A stretch of 64,000 nt of DNA, from assembly GCA_964016885.1 (NCBI GenBank), contig OZ024740.1, positions 365,304,001-365,368,000 on the forward strand, in the 5' to 3' direction. Source of the stretch: Eledone cirrhosa. Lineage: Eukaryota. Both the position numbers and the translations under genes were made by a program. Positions 49,730-61,791 of this stretch are shown piece by piece (the first letter of the stretch is position 1; the number at the start of each line of letters is the position of its first letter). Below the pieces are notes generated by a model. It did not search any database. It saw only the letters and a program-made list of their open reading frames with translations, and was not told where the DNA came from.

Positions 49730-50780
49730 ATAGGATTGGGGTTGAGTTACCTGGAGGAGAGTCAATTGGTAAAGGAAGTTGGGTAGTAATATCTGGACAT
49801 TTTGAATCTTGACAAAGTTCTAAATGAGAAGTTAAAAGGAAATGTGAAGAAAGTCTAAATAGGTTAAAACTGCAACTGAAAATGAAATTAAATGGGAAGA
49901 ACTTTATTGCCATCAATGTCTGGGCTGTGCCAGTTATTAGATATAGTGCAGCTATTCTGAATTGTACCAAGAAATGGTTGAAAATGGTTGACAATGGTGC
50001 ATTGCACCCAAAGGCAAATGTCATCAGGCTATGTACACTATGGAACATAGGAGGTCAATGACATAGAAGTTACATGTGAAAGATTGTGTGGCTAACGTAT
50101 GCAGGTCCTTAAACTAGTATTTGACCAGTAGGAAAAAATATTAAGGCATGTTGCCACAAGCCAAGGCATGTTGCCAAAAGCCAAGCCATATGCATTGAAA
50201 CCATTGGAAGTAAAGAAAATTACTAACAGAGGCTGTTGGTTGGTGATAGAAAACCTTCAGAAAAAAAAATCCATAGAATTGGAATCAGTTCCAGTATTAT
50301 GATATTGCAAAAAACAACACCTTTGGGAACAGTAAATACCTGTGGAAAGTACTATCTATCTGAGGTTACATAACTTGATAGGGAATTAATTAGATGATCC
50401 AGTGTTAATAAAATCATCATTGTCCAAATGAAAGATAATAATTGTTTCTACTTTTAGCAAAAAGCCAGCAATTTGAAGTGGGGGTGGGGGAATTGATTGA
50501 ATTAACCCCAGTGCACTACCAATACTTTATTTTATCGACTCTGTAAGGATGAAAGGCGAAGCTAACCTCAGCAGGATTTGAACTCAGAATGTAAAGCATA
50601 AAAAAAATGTGGCACTGCAAGGCTGTTACAATACCAGTGATTGTGGGAGCACTGGGAATGATCAAGAAAGGAACAGAAGAGTATTTGAGAATGATTTCTG
50701 GTTTACCCTCTCTGCAAGAGGTGCAAAAAATTGTTTTGACTGGTATTGCGCATGTATTGAAAAGAGCACTCTCTCTGTAA
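49730..50780 (+). mobile_element. R4/Dong-like (RLE) non-LTR retrotransposon remnants
   Basis: KLNGKNFIAINVWAVPVIRYSA..HPKANV.RL (~49880-50055) and C-terminal TIPVIVGALGMIKKG...LQEVQKIVLTG.AHVLKRALS* (~50610-50780); interrupted by a SINE. Confidence 0.75.
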
Positions 50781-50799
50781 GAATGATATCCCTCCTTGT

Positions 50800-51063
50800 A
50801 TATATGTATGGATGTGTGTCTGTATGTGTGTGTGTGCGCGCATGGATATCTTTTATTTATATGTGTATATATTTGTAATTGTGTGTGTATGTATGTATAT
50901 GTGTATGTGTGTATGAGTGTGCATGTGTATATGTGTGTACGTTTGTGTGAGTATATATGTATGTGTGTATATGTATATGTGTGCATATATATATGTGTGT
51001 ATGTATATGTGTGCATGTATATATATATGTATGTGTGTATGTATATATATGTATGTATATGCG

Positions 51064-51099
<36 letters not shown>

Positions 51100-51110
51100 T
51101 GCATATACAT
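50800..51110. repeat. (TG/TA)n compound microsatellite; similar tract at 54755-55005
   Basis: Direct reading. Confidence 0.9.
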
Positions 51111-52148
51111 TTTTTTTTTCAAAGCTGTAAATTATAATCGATGTAGTGTGTTAACTGGCTTACCAATGTATACAGTGAGTATATTTGCCGTAGGTGTCAG
51201 GAAGACACTCGGCATGTAACAGAAACAATACTGAAGGAAAAGGAAAAACAATGATAATAATTACATTAGTATTACAAGGCTAAATAACATATATGCAGCA
51301 GCTGTTGTTACAAAAGGAAGTGAGTGGCCCCTTAGATCTACAGAAAAAATAACACAATCCACACAATAAAACATACAAAGTATATAGAAAATAAAAAAAA
51401 AAGATCTCTTAATTTTAAATGAAATAGGAAAGAAAAGAAGAAAACTAAGAAAGATAATAAAAATACTAAAGAAATATAATATAACAGGAAAGGAAATCTC
51501 AGAGACTAAGGAGTGCCTAAAACAATAAATACTTACAAAGGCACAACAAAAAAATCCTGAGATATGAAAAGTGGCAAAGTTTTTTGTACAAAATTTACTA
51601 TTTCACTCCAACCTAAAATGACTCTAAGAGAAACTTTATGAGAGCAAAATAAAGGTAAATGTAGCCTCCAAAGTAAAAGAAGAAGAAGAGTTCTGGAGAA
51701 GATTATGGGCAGAATGAGAAGGGAAATTATATTTTCAACTTTTCAAATCAACCCGTGTCTCCCAGTTGAACACGAGTTATCTAAATTCTTTCTTGTTAGA
51801 GTGAGCTCTCTTTACATTTATAGAATTTAAGTTATTTATCTAATTAATGGGCATTTTCATGATTACTTGCCTTAGAACTCTCCTATACTATCAAGAATCT
51901 CCCCGGAAGAACTCCATCACAATATGGCAGGTTGAATGAGTCGGGGTAGCAACTGAATGAAACTTAAGTACCTATATATGTCAATGTTGTGACTGATTAT
52001 ATATATATATATATATATATATGTAGGAGGTGAGTTTTATTGTAGTACAATAAAGCAATGCAGATATCGGATAAGAAGCACTCTACAGTTTGTAGGGCTG
52101 GAGTATAAATAATATATAAGATCAAAAGATGGTTAAAAGAGTTCCATG

Positions 52149-52219
52149 TATTTTATTATGCGCATTTCAAAAACAAATATCATCATGCAATAACATTTGC
52201 GTTTTCGTCAGATAAAATA
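52149..52219 (-). ncRNA. Type I hammerhead ribozyme, intact core (left arm of palindrome)
   Basis: Minus strand: tattttat CTGACGA [long AU/GU stem II] GAAA tgcgca TA ataaaata. Confidence 0.85.
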
Positions 52220-52342
52220 GGGAGACATGATATGAAGGTTAAAACACACTTGTGAATAGTGCAGTTTTAAATCAACATATCATATGTTGATTTAAAACTG
52301 CACTATTCACAAGTGTGTTTTAAACTTCATATCATGTCTCCC

Positions 52343-52413
52343 TATTTTATCTGACGAAAACGCAAATGTTATTGCATAATGATATTTGTTTTTGAAATGC
52401 ACATAATAAAATA
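52343..52413 (+). ncRNA. Type I hammerhead ribozyme, intact core (right arm of palindrome)
   Basis: tattttat CTGACGA aaac gcaaatgttatt gcat aatgatatttgt tttt GAAA tgcaca TA ataaaata. Confidence 0.8.
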
Positions 52414-52563
52414 CATGGAACTCTTTTAACCATCTTTTTTTTTTTTTTTTTTTTTTCATTTTACGTCCGCTTTTTCCCTGCTTGCAAGGGTGGGACGGGA
52501 ACTGATTCTGGCTTGATTTCTACAGCTGGATGCCCTTCCTAACACTTTTGATCTTATATATTA

Positions 52564-52600
<37 letters not shown>

Positions 52601-52624
52601 TTATATATAAATGCTCAAACTAGT

Positions 52625-52803
52625 CAGTATCGGTAGAGGGTCGGACGCCATGCTTTGACGCATAGAGTTACGGCCCTTGCCATTCTGAGTTCAAATCCCG
52701 CCGAGGTTAACTTTGCCTTTTATCCTTACGGGGTCGATAAAATAATGTACCAGTAATGCACTGGGTAATTGCTGGCCTTGTGCCAAAAGTAGAAACAATT
52801 ATT
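52625..52803 (+). mobile_element. SINE family A copy
   Basis: Almost identical to the 43500 copy. Confidence 0.8.
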
Positions 52804-52829
52804 TTAATTTATTCCTTCATTTCTACAAT

Positions 52830-53140
52830 GGTTACCTAGCCCTTATTTGTATTGCTTTCAATTGTAGCAATTTTCCTGTCCCATATCAGAATGTAATTAT
52901 TTCTTCTTGATTTGTTCTGTCTTTTTTGTCACTTTATCCAATGCCTGTTGTGTTTTCATCCCGAATAGCTATAAATGGATAACTCTGTTGTTTCTATTGA
53001 TACACAGGTGGTGAATAGTCCTGTCTTATAAAGCAACCAAAACTATAATGATCACCAGAAAGACAGCTGATGAGTAGGAATTGACCATGTACTTGTCTCT
53101 TCTGCATTCTCAGTTTCCTATATTCCTCCCATGTGTTTTT
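52830..53140 (-). mobile_element. R4/Dong-like fragment (HGQF..QD region)
   Basis: KRQVHGQF...FIRQD..P.YQ resembles the post-RT region of R4-clade elements; heavily decayed. Confidence 0.5.
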
Positions 53141-53144
53141 AATG

Positions 53145-53176
<32 letters not shown>

Positions 53177-54139
53177 GGGGGGGGGGGGAGAAATAGATGG
53201 ATATAGATTATACATATTACAACCTTTTTTAGCAAAAAAAATGGCCGGTAAATGGTGATGATTATGATGATAGTGATGATGATATATGTATGTATATTAT
53301 ACCCTGCTAATAACTGGTAATTAATTGTTTCTACTTTTGGCACAAGGCCAGTAATTACCCAGTGTATTACTGGTACTTTATTTTATCGACCCCATAAGGA
53401 TGAAAGACAAATATTTGTAAGATTTTGCTTTAATGACATCTGAAATTAATAAAAGGTTGTAACAGAATACATAGACCTAAAAACAGGGAAGGGAATATCC
53501 TTGTCCAGTTTTACACAAAGCAAGAAGAAAAAATATTGGTTTCTGATTTAGGCCAACAATTTTTGAGGGATGGGAAAGTTGACTAAATCGATCCCAGTGA
53601 TTTACTGGTACATTGTTTTATCAACCCTGTAAGGATGAAAGGCAAAGCTAACCTCGGCAGGATTTGAACTCAGATTGTAAAGAGCCATAACTCTATGCCA
53701 TAAAGCATGTTGTCTGGTGCTAAAATATATTGGACAGAGAAAGCAAAAGGATTGAGAAATTAACAATGATGACAAGTTTTTTTTAGGAAAATGGAAAGGA
53801 GTTGATCATTAGATTCTATCTGCCAGTTACATCTGGAATATATGATTAAGGAAACTTATAATGGGCTTTCAAATTCTATCGATTTGATGTTTTTTAAATC
53901 TATTTTAAATGAGTTAGCAACAATATTTACCACCCAACCAATACTTGCCTTATATTTAAATTTGTTGTACTTTAACTCGTTTTTTAGTGCCTTTTAACAA
54001 AATATTGGCATTTTTTTAGCATACTTTTGACCCTAATTTAGTGCATATACACTGAAAAATTTGGCAACATCATACCATCTGGGCTCATGATTTTGTAGAA
54101 TAGAAACATTGTTGTATTAAATATTTTGTTACTATACTT

Positions 54140-54376
54140 CTAATGAAAGACAATTCCTATGATTTTCAAAGAACTTTGAAAATAATTGAAAATTTAGAGG
54201 GATTTAGAAATATAACAAAATTTGTCATTATTAAGCTGGTGTTTGGAACATAACAAGAGATTCTTATAACATAACAGATATATGAAGGAAGGTTTTTAGA
54301 GAAATATAAACACTTTCAATCAAACAGTTTTGTATCATAGAACCAGGGGAGATTTCAGGCGGTATTAAAAGGGTTA
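54140..54376. mobile_element. Second, older TTAA-MITE family (ends ...atcaaaagggTTAA)
   Basis: The same degenerate end recurs near 1285, 10310 (inverted), 11298, 31200, 31324, 43285 and 48095. Confidence 0.55.
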
Positions 54377-54928
54377 AATTAAATAAACCATAAAATCAAA
54401 TGTGTCTACATGAGTTTCTATTGGTTGGATATCATAAATATGGTTTTCTCTTTTCATACATTTGTATACATTGCTATATGCATAACAAAACACATACATA
54501 CACATACAAACAAACTCACACATGATATATGTGTATGTCTTTGTATGAGTGATAGACAAAGAAAGAGAGAGAAAAAAGAGAGTAGGGCTTTAAGGAATGT
54601 AATTAATACAAACACTGCCTTAGAGAGTGATAGATACACTTTCCTTTATTTCTTCTACTGTCATTCACTCACTTACGCTTGTTTATTGTTCAGTTGCTTT
54701 CTACTGTGCTGAACAAAATACAAATATGCACATCAGAAATTATTATAAGTAATATATATGTGTGTGCGCATTTGTGTATGTGTGTGTATATATGTGTGTA
54801 TGTGTGTACATTTGTGTATGTGTGTGTTTGTGTATGTGTCTGTGCATGTGTGGGTGTGTATGTGTTAGTGTATCTGTGTGTGTGTGTGCATTAGTGTATG
54901 TATATGTGTGTGTGTGTGTGCATGTGTG

Positions 54929-55006
<78 letters not shown>

Positions 55007-56178
55007 AAATATATACATCCCAATGTCATGTTTTAACACTAGCCATACTACACATTTGGTGTTCAATTGTGAAAAATTCCCCATTATTGGTTTGCAGGGT
55101 ATAAAATAAATACCAATAAAATTTGCTGGCAATGCATCATTTCCCGTTTATAATCCAAACTAACCTTTCATCTATAACTGCTAATATCCACTGTGATGTT
55201 GACGGATAAATTAAAAAAATAAAAGGGGAATAGAAGGAATGCTTACAATCTATCATGTTGTCCATAAAATATCTGCTGAATAGATATGTTTGAAACCCCC
55301 CAGCTTTTATTAATATGCTTAAATGCAGCTCATTTTAAGCCTTGTAGCTTAGCTTAGAAGCAGATTTCTCTCCCCTAAAATATACAGGCTCATCTATTGC
55401 AGATCACACAGTAGAACGTTGTGTTTGCATGCTATTGTCTGTCGTTTTCCAATATTTACAATAATTAGAGGAGCATTGCTAACTTAGTAATGTAATTTAC
55501 ATATTAGCTTGATGCTGTGCCAGCATTTGAGATATTGGAAGAAATATCAATGGAAGCATTTGAATTCTTTTTTTTTTTTTTTTCCAGTAAGCGACATAAG
55601 TTACACAGAAAAATTGTTCAAAGTATGATTATTTTTCCCTATCAGCATCAGCAAAAAAGGAAGGAAAAAAAAAACAGAAAAAATATAAATAGCTAGTTTT
55701 TATAATAGTCACATATATATATCATTATTGTATAATACAGTACTGATTAATTCAGTGGTTGGAAATATTTTGCTAACATTACAAGATTACACCAAAACTG
55801 TTTTAGTCAGTAACTAGTCGCATAATATCTCTGCACTGGTTCTAGTGCTGCATTATTCTTATTTTACCTTTTATCTTTGTATGTCTTAAGTTTTTATAAC
55901 TATCAGATATCCTAAAAACACTGATTTTCAACACATTCTCTGTTATTTACACACATAGTTTGATGTATTTAACCATTTAACATCTTACTCCCATGTAAAT
56001 ATACAGACTAAATAATAGTATATATATATATATATACATCATATATACATAATCATCATATCAACATCACCACTCTTTAACATCCATTTTCCACACTAAC
56101 ATGAGTTAGACTAGTTGTCCTGTTATGAGACAAGTCAGATCAGGTGACAGTGTCTTGCTCATACAGAACTCTGGCTGA

Positions 56179-58379
56179 ATCATCATCATCATCATCATCA
56201 TCACCGTTTTACGTCCGTTCTTCCACGCTAGCATGGGTTAGACGGGTTGTCCTGTTGTGGGCAGTGTCTGGTCGGCTGACCATGCCTTGCTCATACAGGA
56301 ACTGATTTTAGCTTGATTTCTACAGCTGGATGCCCTTCCTAACACCAACCTCATTTACAGTCAGTGACGGGTGCTTTTTCGTGGTGCCTACACGTCCACT
56401 TTACAGTGTGGGCTGGGTGCTTTTTTGCCGTGGCACCTCCACGACCACCTTGCAGTGGGGGGTGTGGGGGCATATTGTCTATATGCTTCAGCTTGTACCC
56501 ATGGGAGGTCGGGTACTCTGTATTACTGCATGACGTCAGAGGTCACGGTCGTGTGTCATCGCCTTGGAGAGGAGTAATTGGGTAAGGTCGGCTTTTATCA
56601 CCTCATCCAAGGTCATCTTCGGTCTCCCCACTCCGCGGTTTCCATCGACTTCTAGTGCTCTGCACCTTTTTATGCAGCTGTCATCCTTCATACGCATCAC
56701 ATGTCCATACCAACGCAACCGCCTCTCCTGCACACAACATTTGATTCCTCTTATGCTCAGTCTCTCTCTCAATTCATTTATGCTTTGTCGTTCACGTATA
56801 TTACTATTACACATCCATCGGAGCATGCAGGCTTCGTTTCTCTCTAATCTACGTAAGTCTTCCACCTTCAGCGCCCAGGTCTCACTACCATGTAACATTG
56901 CTGTTCGGATACACGGATCATACAGTCTGCCTTTCATTTTGAGGGAGAAGCCTTTTGCAGCTAGCAGTGGCAGTAGTTCCCTGAACTTCTTCCATCCCGT
57001 TCTTACCCTAGTTATTGTACTTTCTGAATACCCACCTCCGCTGCTAATTCGGTCACCTAGGTAGCAGAAGCTGTCTACTGTCTCTACAGAGCCCTCCCAG
57101 AGATTGGTGGTACTTGTTTCCTGTGGTTGTTTGCTGCTTGCTGTCCCAGTACAGCTGCTGTATGTGAAGCCTACATTCTTAGTTAAGCTTCCTGAGATCC
57201 CGCTACATCTCTTGTGTACCCATTGTTTGCATTTGGGGCAGAGAATGGAGTTCCTACCTACACCTTTCCTACATACTGAGCAAAGCCATTTCCCTGAGGT
57301 GATCTGGGTTCTGTTTTCTCGTCTACTTACAAGGACCTTAGTCTTTGTCATGTTGACTTTGAGACCCTTTCTTTCTAGTCCCTGCTTCCAAGTTTGGAAT
57401 TTCTTCTCTAGTTCTACCATAGAATCTGCTATAAGTGCGAGGTCATCAGCATACAGGAGTTCCCATGGGTATCCAGTCTTAAATTCCTCCGTTATTGCCT
57501 GCAGGACTATGATGAACAGGAGAGGGCTAAGAACAGAGCCCTGGTGGACACCAACCTGTACGCTAAATTCCTCGCTATACTCATTGCTAATCCTAACTTT
57601 GCTGACTGCTTCCCTATACATGGCTTGTACAGCTTTCACAAGCCATTCATCTACTCCTAGTTTTCTAAGAGCCCACCAGATTACAGCACGTGGAACTCTG
57701 TCAAAGGCTTTCTTGAGATCGACGAATGCTAGGTAGAGTGGCTTACTTTTAGCTAGGTACTTTTCCTGTAACTGCCTCACAAGGAAGAGGGCATCAGTGG
57801 TGCCTCTTCCTGGTACAAACCCAAATTGCATCTCATCTAGTTTCACTCGGTCCCTAATCAACTGTGCTATAACTCTTTCTGTTACTTTCATGACCTGGTC
57901 CATCAACTTTATACCTCTATAGTTTCCTCTATCGAGTGCATCATCTTTACCTTTGTAGCAGTTGACAATGATGCTACTGCACCAATCTTTTGGTATGACA
58001 CCTTCTAGTATTACCTGGTTAACAATACGTGTGGTTATAGTGTGACCTACAGACCCAGATGCCTTCAACATCTCGGCAGCTATACCCGATGGACCAGTTG
58101 CCTTCCCCATCTTCATATCTTTGATTGCCTTACTTACTACGCTGCTGCTGACTTGTACTGCTGGCCCCTCTATAGGGTCTACTTGGGGTAGGATCTCTTC
58201 TTCCCATGCATTCTCCTCATTTAGTAATCTATCATAATGACTCTTCCATGCATCTTTCTTCTCAGCACTTGTGAGGGCAAGCTCACCTTTATCATTCCGG
58301 ACACACTTCTCTCCAATGACATCACAATTCTCTCTGACACACTGCCTCGCAACAATTCTCTCTGATACACTGCCTTGCA
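56179..58379 (-). mobile_element. 5'-truncated RTE LINE (family 2) with an essentially complete RT domain
   Basis: 618-aa ORF with NYRGIKL, QFGF.PGRGTTDA, AFVDLKKAFD, GVHQGSVLSP and YADD; (CAT)n tail at ~56179-56203. Confidence 0.95.
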
Positions 58380-58876
58380 ATGCCCTTCCCAATGCCTACC
58401 ACATTTACAGTGTAGACTGGGTGCTTTTCATTGTCATCAGTATGACTTACAGGGTGGACCAAGTGCTTTTTGTTGTGTCACCATATATATATATATATAT
58501 ATGAGTCCTGGAATCAATCAGGGGTAACCACAGTAAGTAAGGTACTCAATACATTAGTAGAGTGTAAACATCAATTTTAATATAGAACTGGCTTCTACAG
58601 GCTTTCCTGATGATTTCTTTTGAATTAAACAGTTTGAGTCCTGTAGAAGCCATTTCTATATTAAACTTAAACTTTTTATATATGTGTATATATATATAAT
58701 TTCAGAAGATCCCGTTAAGGGTGAAAGCAGCGATTCTTTGCTTAAACTTTAATCTGTTATTTTAATATATATATATATATATATGTATGTGAAAAGTAAA
58801 CAGAAACAAAAAAGCAAATAATATAGTACAATGAAGAAATATATTAGTTTAATGCTTGATCTAGTAGGGAAAGAGT

Positions 58877-58910
58877 CTTAACGTTTTGGACACAAGTCCT
58901 TCATCAGAAG
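58877..58910 (-). ncRNA. Degenerate minimal hammerhead (GAAA changed to AAAA)
   Basis: Minus strand: ctt CTGATGA a ggac ttgt gtcc AAAA cg TT aag; relatives at 61880-61910 (-) and 59963/60767 (split). Confidence 0.65.
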
Positions 58911-60531
58911 GTAGAATAAGAAATAAAAGATTAAATAGAAAGAATGCGAATGAGAAGAGGAAGGAGCAGAAAACAATTTGGGGAGAAACTGCATGTGTTC
59001 TGTCAACCATTTTGCAGAAATGCTGGTCAGTGGGTATCTTTGATATTAGGGAGGTTTTGAAAGAGATATATTCCTTGTATATTTTAAGTGGACATGTTTG
59101 TTTGTCTGTGTAAAGCAGTGAATGGATGTGTGTTAGACAGTAACAGAGCTGGCTACTGTGAGAGTGTAGAGGTGTGAGTGAGCTGACCAACACAGGGAGA
59201 TATACCTATGTATGTGAAATTCTGCAAAAATCAGTCAAAAGCGGTTGTAGAGAAAAGAAAGTGGTAGTGAATGATTGTAGCCTTGTCTCTCATTTCATGG
59301 TATGGCGATAGGAGAAGCTGCTTGGCTTCAGGTATGACAATATGTCGGTATAACTGCAAACAGCTGAACTATGAAGTGTGGAGTCGCTGCTTGCATAGAG
59401 GAGGATAGCTGGGAAATGGTAGCATGGGTGGAATAAATGTTGGGAAACATTCAACACCGACTCTGCCCCAGCACTAGCATTGGGTGCTATGCTCAGAAGA
59501 TAGCACACATGCACCGTCATGCAAGATATTAGCACATGTGCACCATCATGCAAGAGCCATAGAGGGTTGAATGTCAGTAGTGTGTGATGCCTGAGGGCAT
59601 GTATGTGTACACATATATGCACGTGTATGCCTCTAAATGTGTAAGGGGAGTGGAGGTGGAGGGAGTAGTATAGGGGATTTTATAATGACTGAATATGCAG
59701 ATGTATGCATACATGATGCAACTGTATATATATGCATGGAGAGAACTTGGCAGGGTGTAGGAACGAAAGCAGGATGAAGGATCCTGGCCCACTGTGGGTC
59801 AGCACTTCCTCTTTGAGAAGCAACCCAATCTGCTGACAACCAATTCAACACTTGATAGTAGGAAAAGCAGACATTAAATGAAAATGATGGTGATGACTGA
59901 ATACACATACTTTTTCTCCAAAAAACTTTTTTCTGTTTCTTCTTCCTCTCATTCTCTTCCTATCTTCTGATGAAGGAATAGCTTACTGGTACTTTATTTT
60001 ATCGACCCCGTAAGGATGAAAGGCAAAGTGAACCTCGGCGGGATTTGAACTCAGATCGTAAAGGGACGTAACTATGCTGCAAAGCATGGCGTCCGACTCT
60101 CTACCGATACTGCCAATTCACCGCCCCAGGTAATTTAAATAATGCATATAAAACAGTTTTATTTTAATACATTCTTTAAAGATTTTGTTGTGTATACATT
60201 TTTGGGGGACACCCTGTGTATATAATTTTCTCACTTCCATTATATTTATTTTTATTATATTTTTATCTTTGTTTTGTTTGTTAGATTGTTGAATGAGAGC
60301 TATAAATAGAGCCTCTTTTCATTTTGCAACGGATGGTTTTTAACAATTGGTGTTTTAATATGTCTGAAGAGGCAGTGGCCTGTGAGGTGGACCGTACAGT
60401 TACATAATGTTATATAATGAAGAACAGTTTTGAGTCTGATCACTGGTGAAATGTGTATATGGAATAAACATTTTAAAATGAAAACAACACAGCGAAATGA
60501 TACAGTACAATGAAAATATATATTAGTTTAA

Positions 60532-60739
60532 CCCTTTAGCATTTAAACCGGCCATATCCGGCCAGAATTCTCTCACTTTATTCTGTTCAAACTGACTGTA
60601 ACCGGCTGCTCATACTTATGTTAAGGTATTGTTCTCAAAATAAATAATATCAATGTCTCATAGATTCAATATTATGTGAGATAAAGTGTTTACCGCGAAA
60701 ATACAATAGTAAATATAGATTAATGTAAATTCTAAAGGG
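60532..60739. mobile_element. Same TTAA MITE, opposite orientation
   Basis: TTAA|ccctttagcattta ... taaattctaaaggg|TTAA. Confidence 0.85.
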
Positions 60740-60973
60740 TTAATACTTGATATAGTGGGAAAAGAATCTTCACGTTTCGAATGTACTGGGTAATTACTGG
60801 CCTTGTGCCAAAAGTAGAAACAATTATTTAAATTACCTAAACATTTTAGGGTGTTTACATACAATGGAAATATGTCTGTAGATAATTTTATTTTTGGGAA
60901 AGGCTGCACATTCTAATAAATATTGCCTGTACGGGTAATCAAAGTGTGTATATATTAATATATATAATATAAT

Positions 60974-61330
60974 GAAGGCGCATGGCTTAGTGGTTAGAGC
61001 ATTGGGCTTGCAATCAAAAGGTTGTGAGTTCAATTCTCGAACCGGGTGAGCAAGACACTTTATTTCACATTGCTCCAGTTTATTCAGCTGTAGAAATGAG
61101 ATGATAGGACTGGTTGTGGAGGTGCCACGGCAAAAAAGCACCCAGCCCACACTGTAAATGAGGTTGGTGTTAGGAAGGGCATCCAGCTGTAGAAATCAAG
61201 CCAGAATCAGTTCCCGTATGAGCAAGACAAGGTCAGCCAACCAGACACTGCCCACAACAGGACAACCTGTCTAACCCATGCTAGCGTGGAAGAACGGACG
61301 TAAACCGGTGATGATGATGATGATGATGAT
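60974..61330 (+). mobile_element. SINE family B variant carrying the full RTE family-2 tail
   Basis: tRNA head as at 34411; 3' part matches 14680-14846. Confidence 0.85.
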
Positions 61331-61752
61331 AATATATATTGTAGTACAAATTTGGTATAAATATCCAAGGGTAAGTGCACTCAATCCATAGGATGACTTA
61401 AGTATAATTAGTTTCAACTGTGACATATACAGGTACTTAAATTTCAATATTCACTGCATCAGTCATTTTTACCTTATTTCCCTTCTTCAGTTGGGATACA
61501 TTCATCCCAATTTGACAGAAGAAAGCATTAATCTGTGAAGCAGAGACACTGGAGGTTTCCATGGTGACCAACACAAAATGGGATCTTTCTGTTAATAACT
61601 AACATATAATCATATCCTGCTCCTCTATGATGCCAGTATGGTTGTATGTTTAAAGAGATCATTTCCTAACCTTATGGTTTTGAGTTCAGTCCCATTGCAC
61701 GGATTCTTGGGCAAGTGTCTTGAGAGTGAAAATGAAACTGTGTGGAAGTCTA

Positions 61753-61791
<39 letters not shown>

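Noticed and set aside
50516-55132. HT/VC/YI-rich ORFs (also 3192-3814, 11463-11701, 44098-44307)
   Set aside because: Translations of microsatellites.
56564-57736. Plus-strand ORFs opposite the RTE (also 4694-5419 and 13974-14420)
   Set aside because: Antisense shadows of the RT ORF.
60358-60465. CTGAAGA gg cagtg...cactg gt GAAA tgtgta TA
   Set aside because: Suggestive stem II, but stems I and III do not pair; at best a fossil.
48171-61560. Candidate internal exons after acceptors near 48170, 49188, 53787 and 61490
   Set aside because: The frames checked hit stops quickly and no recognisable peptide emerged.
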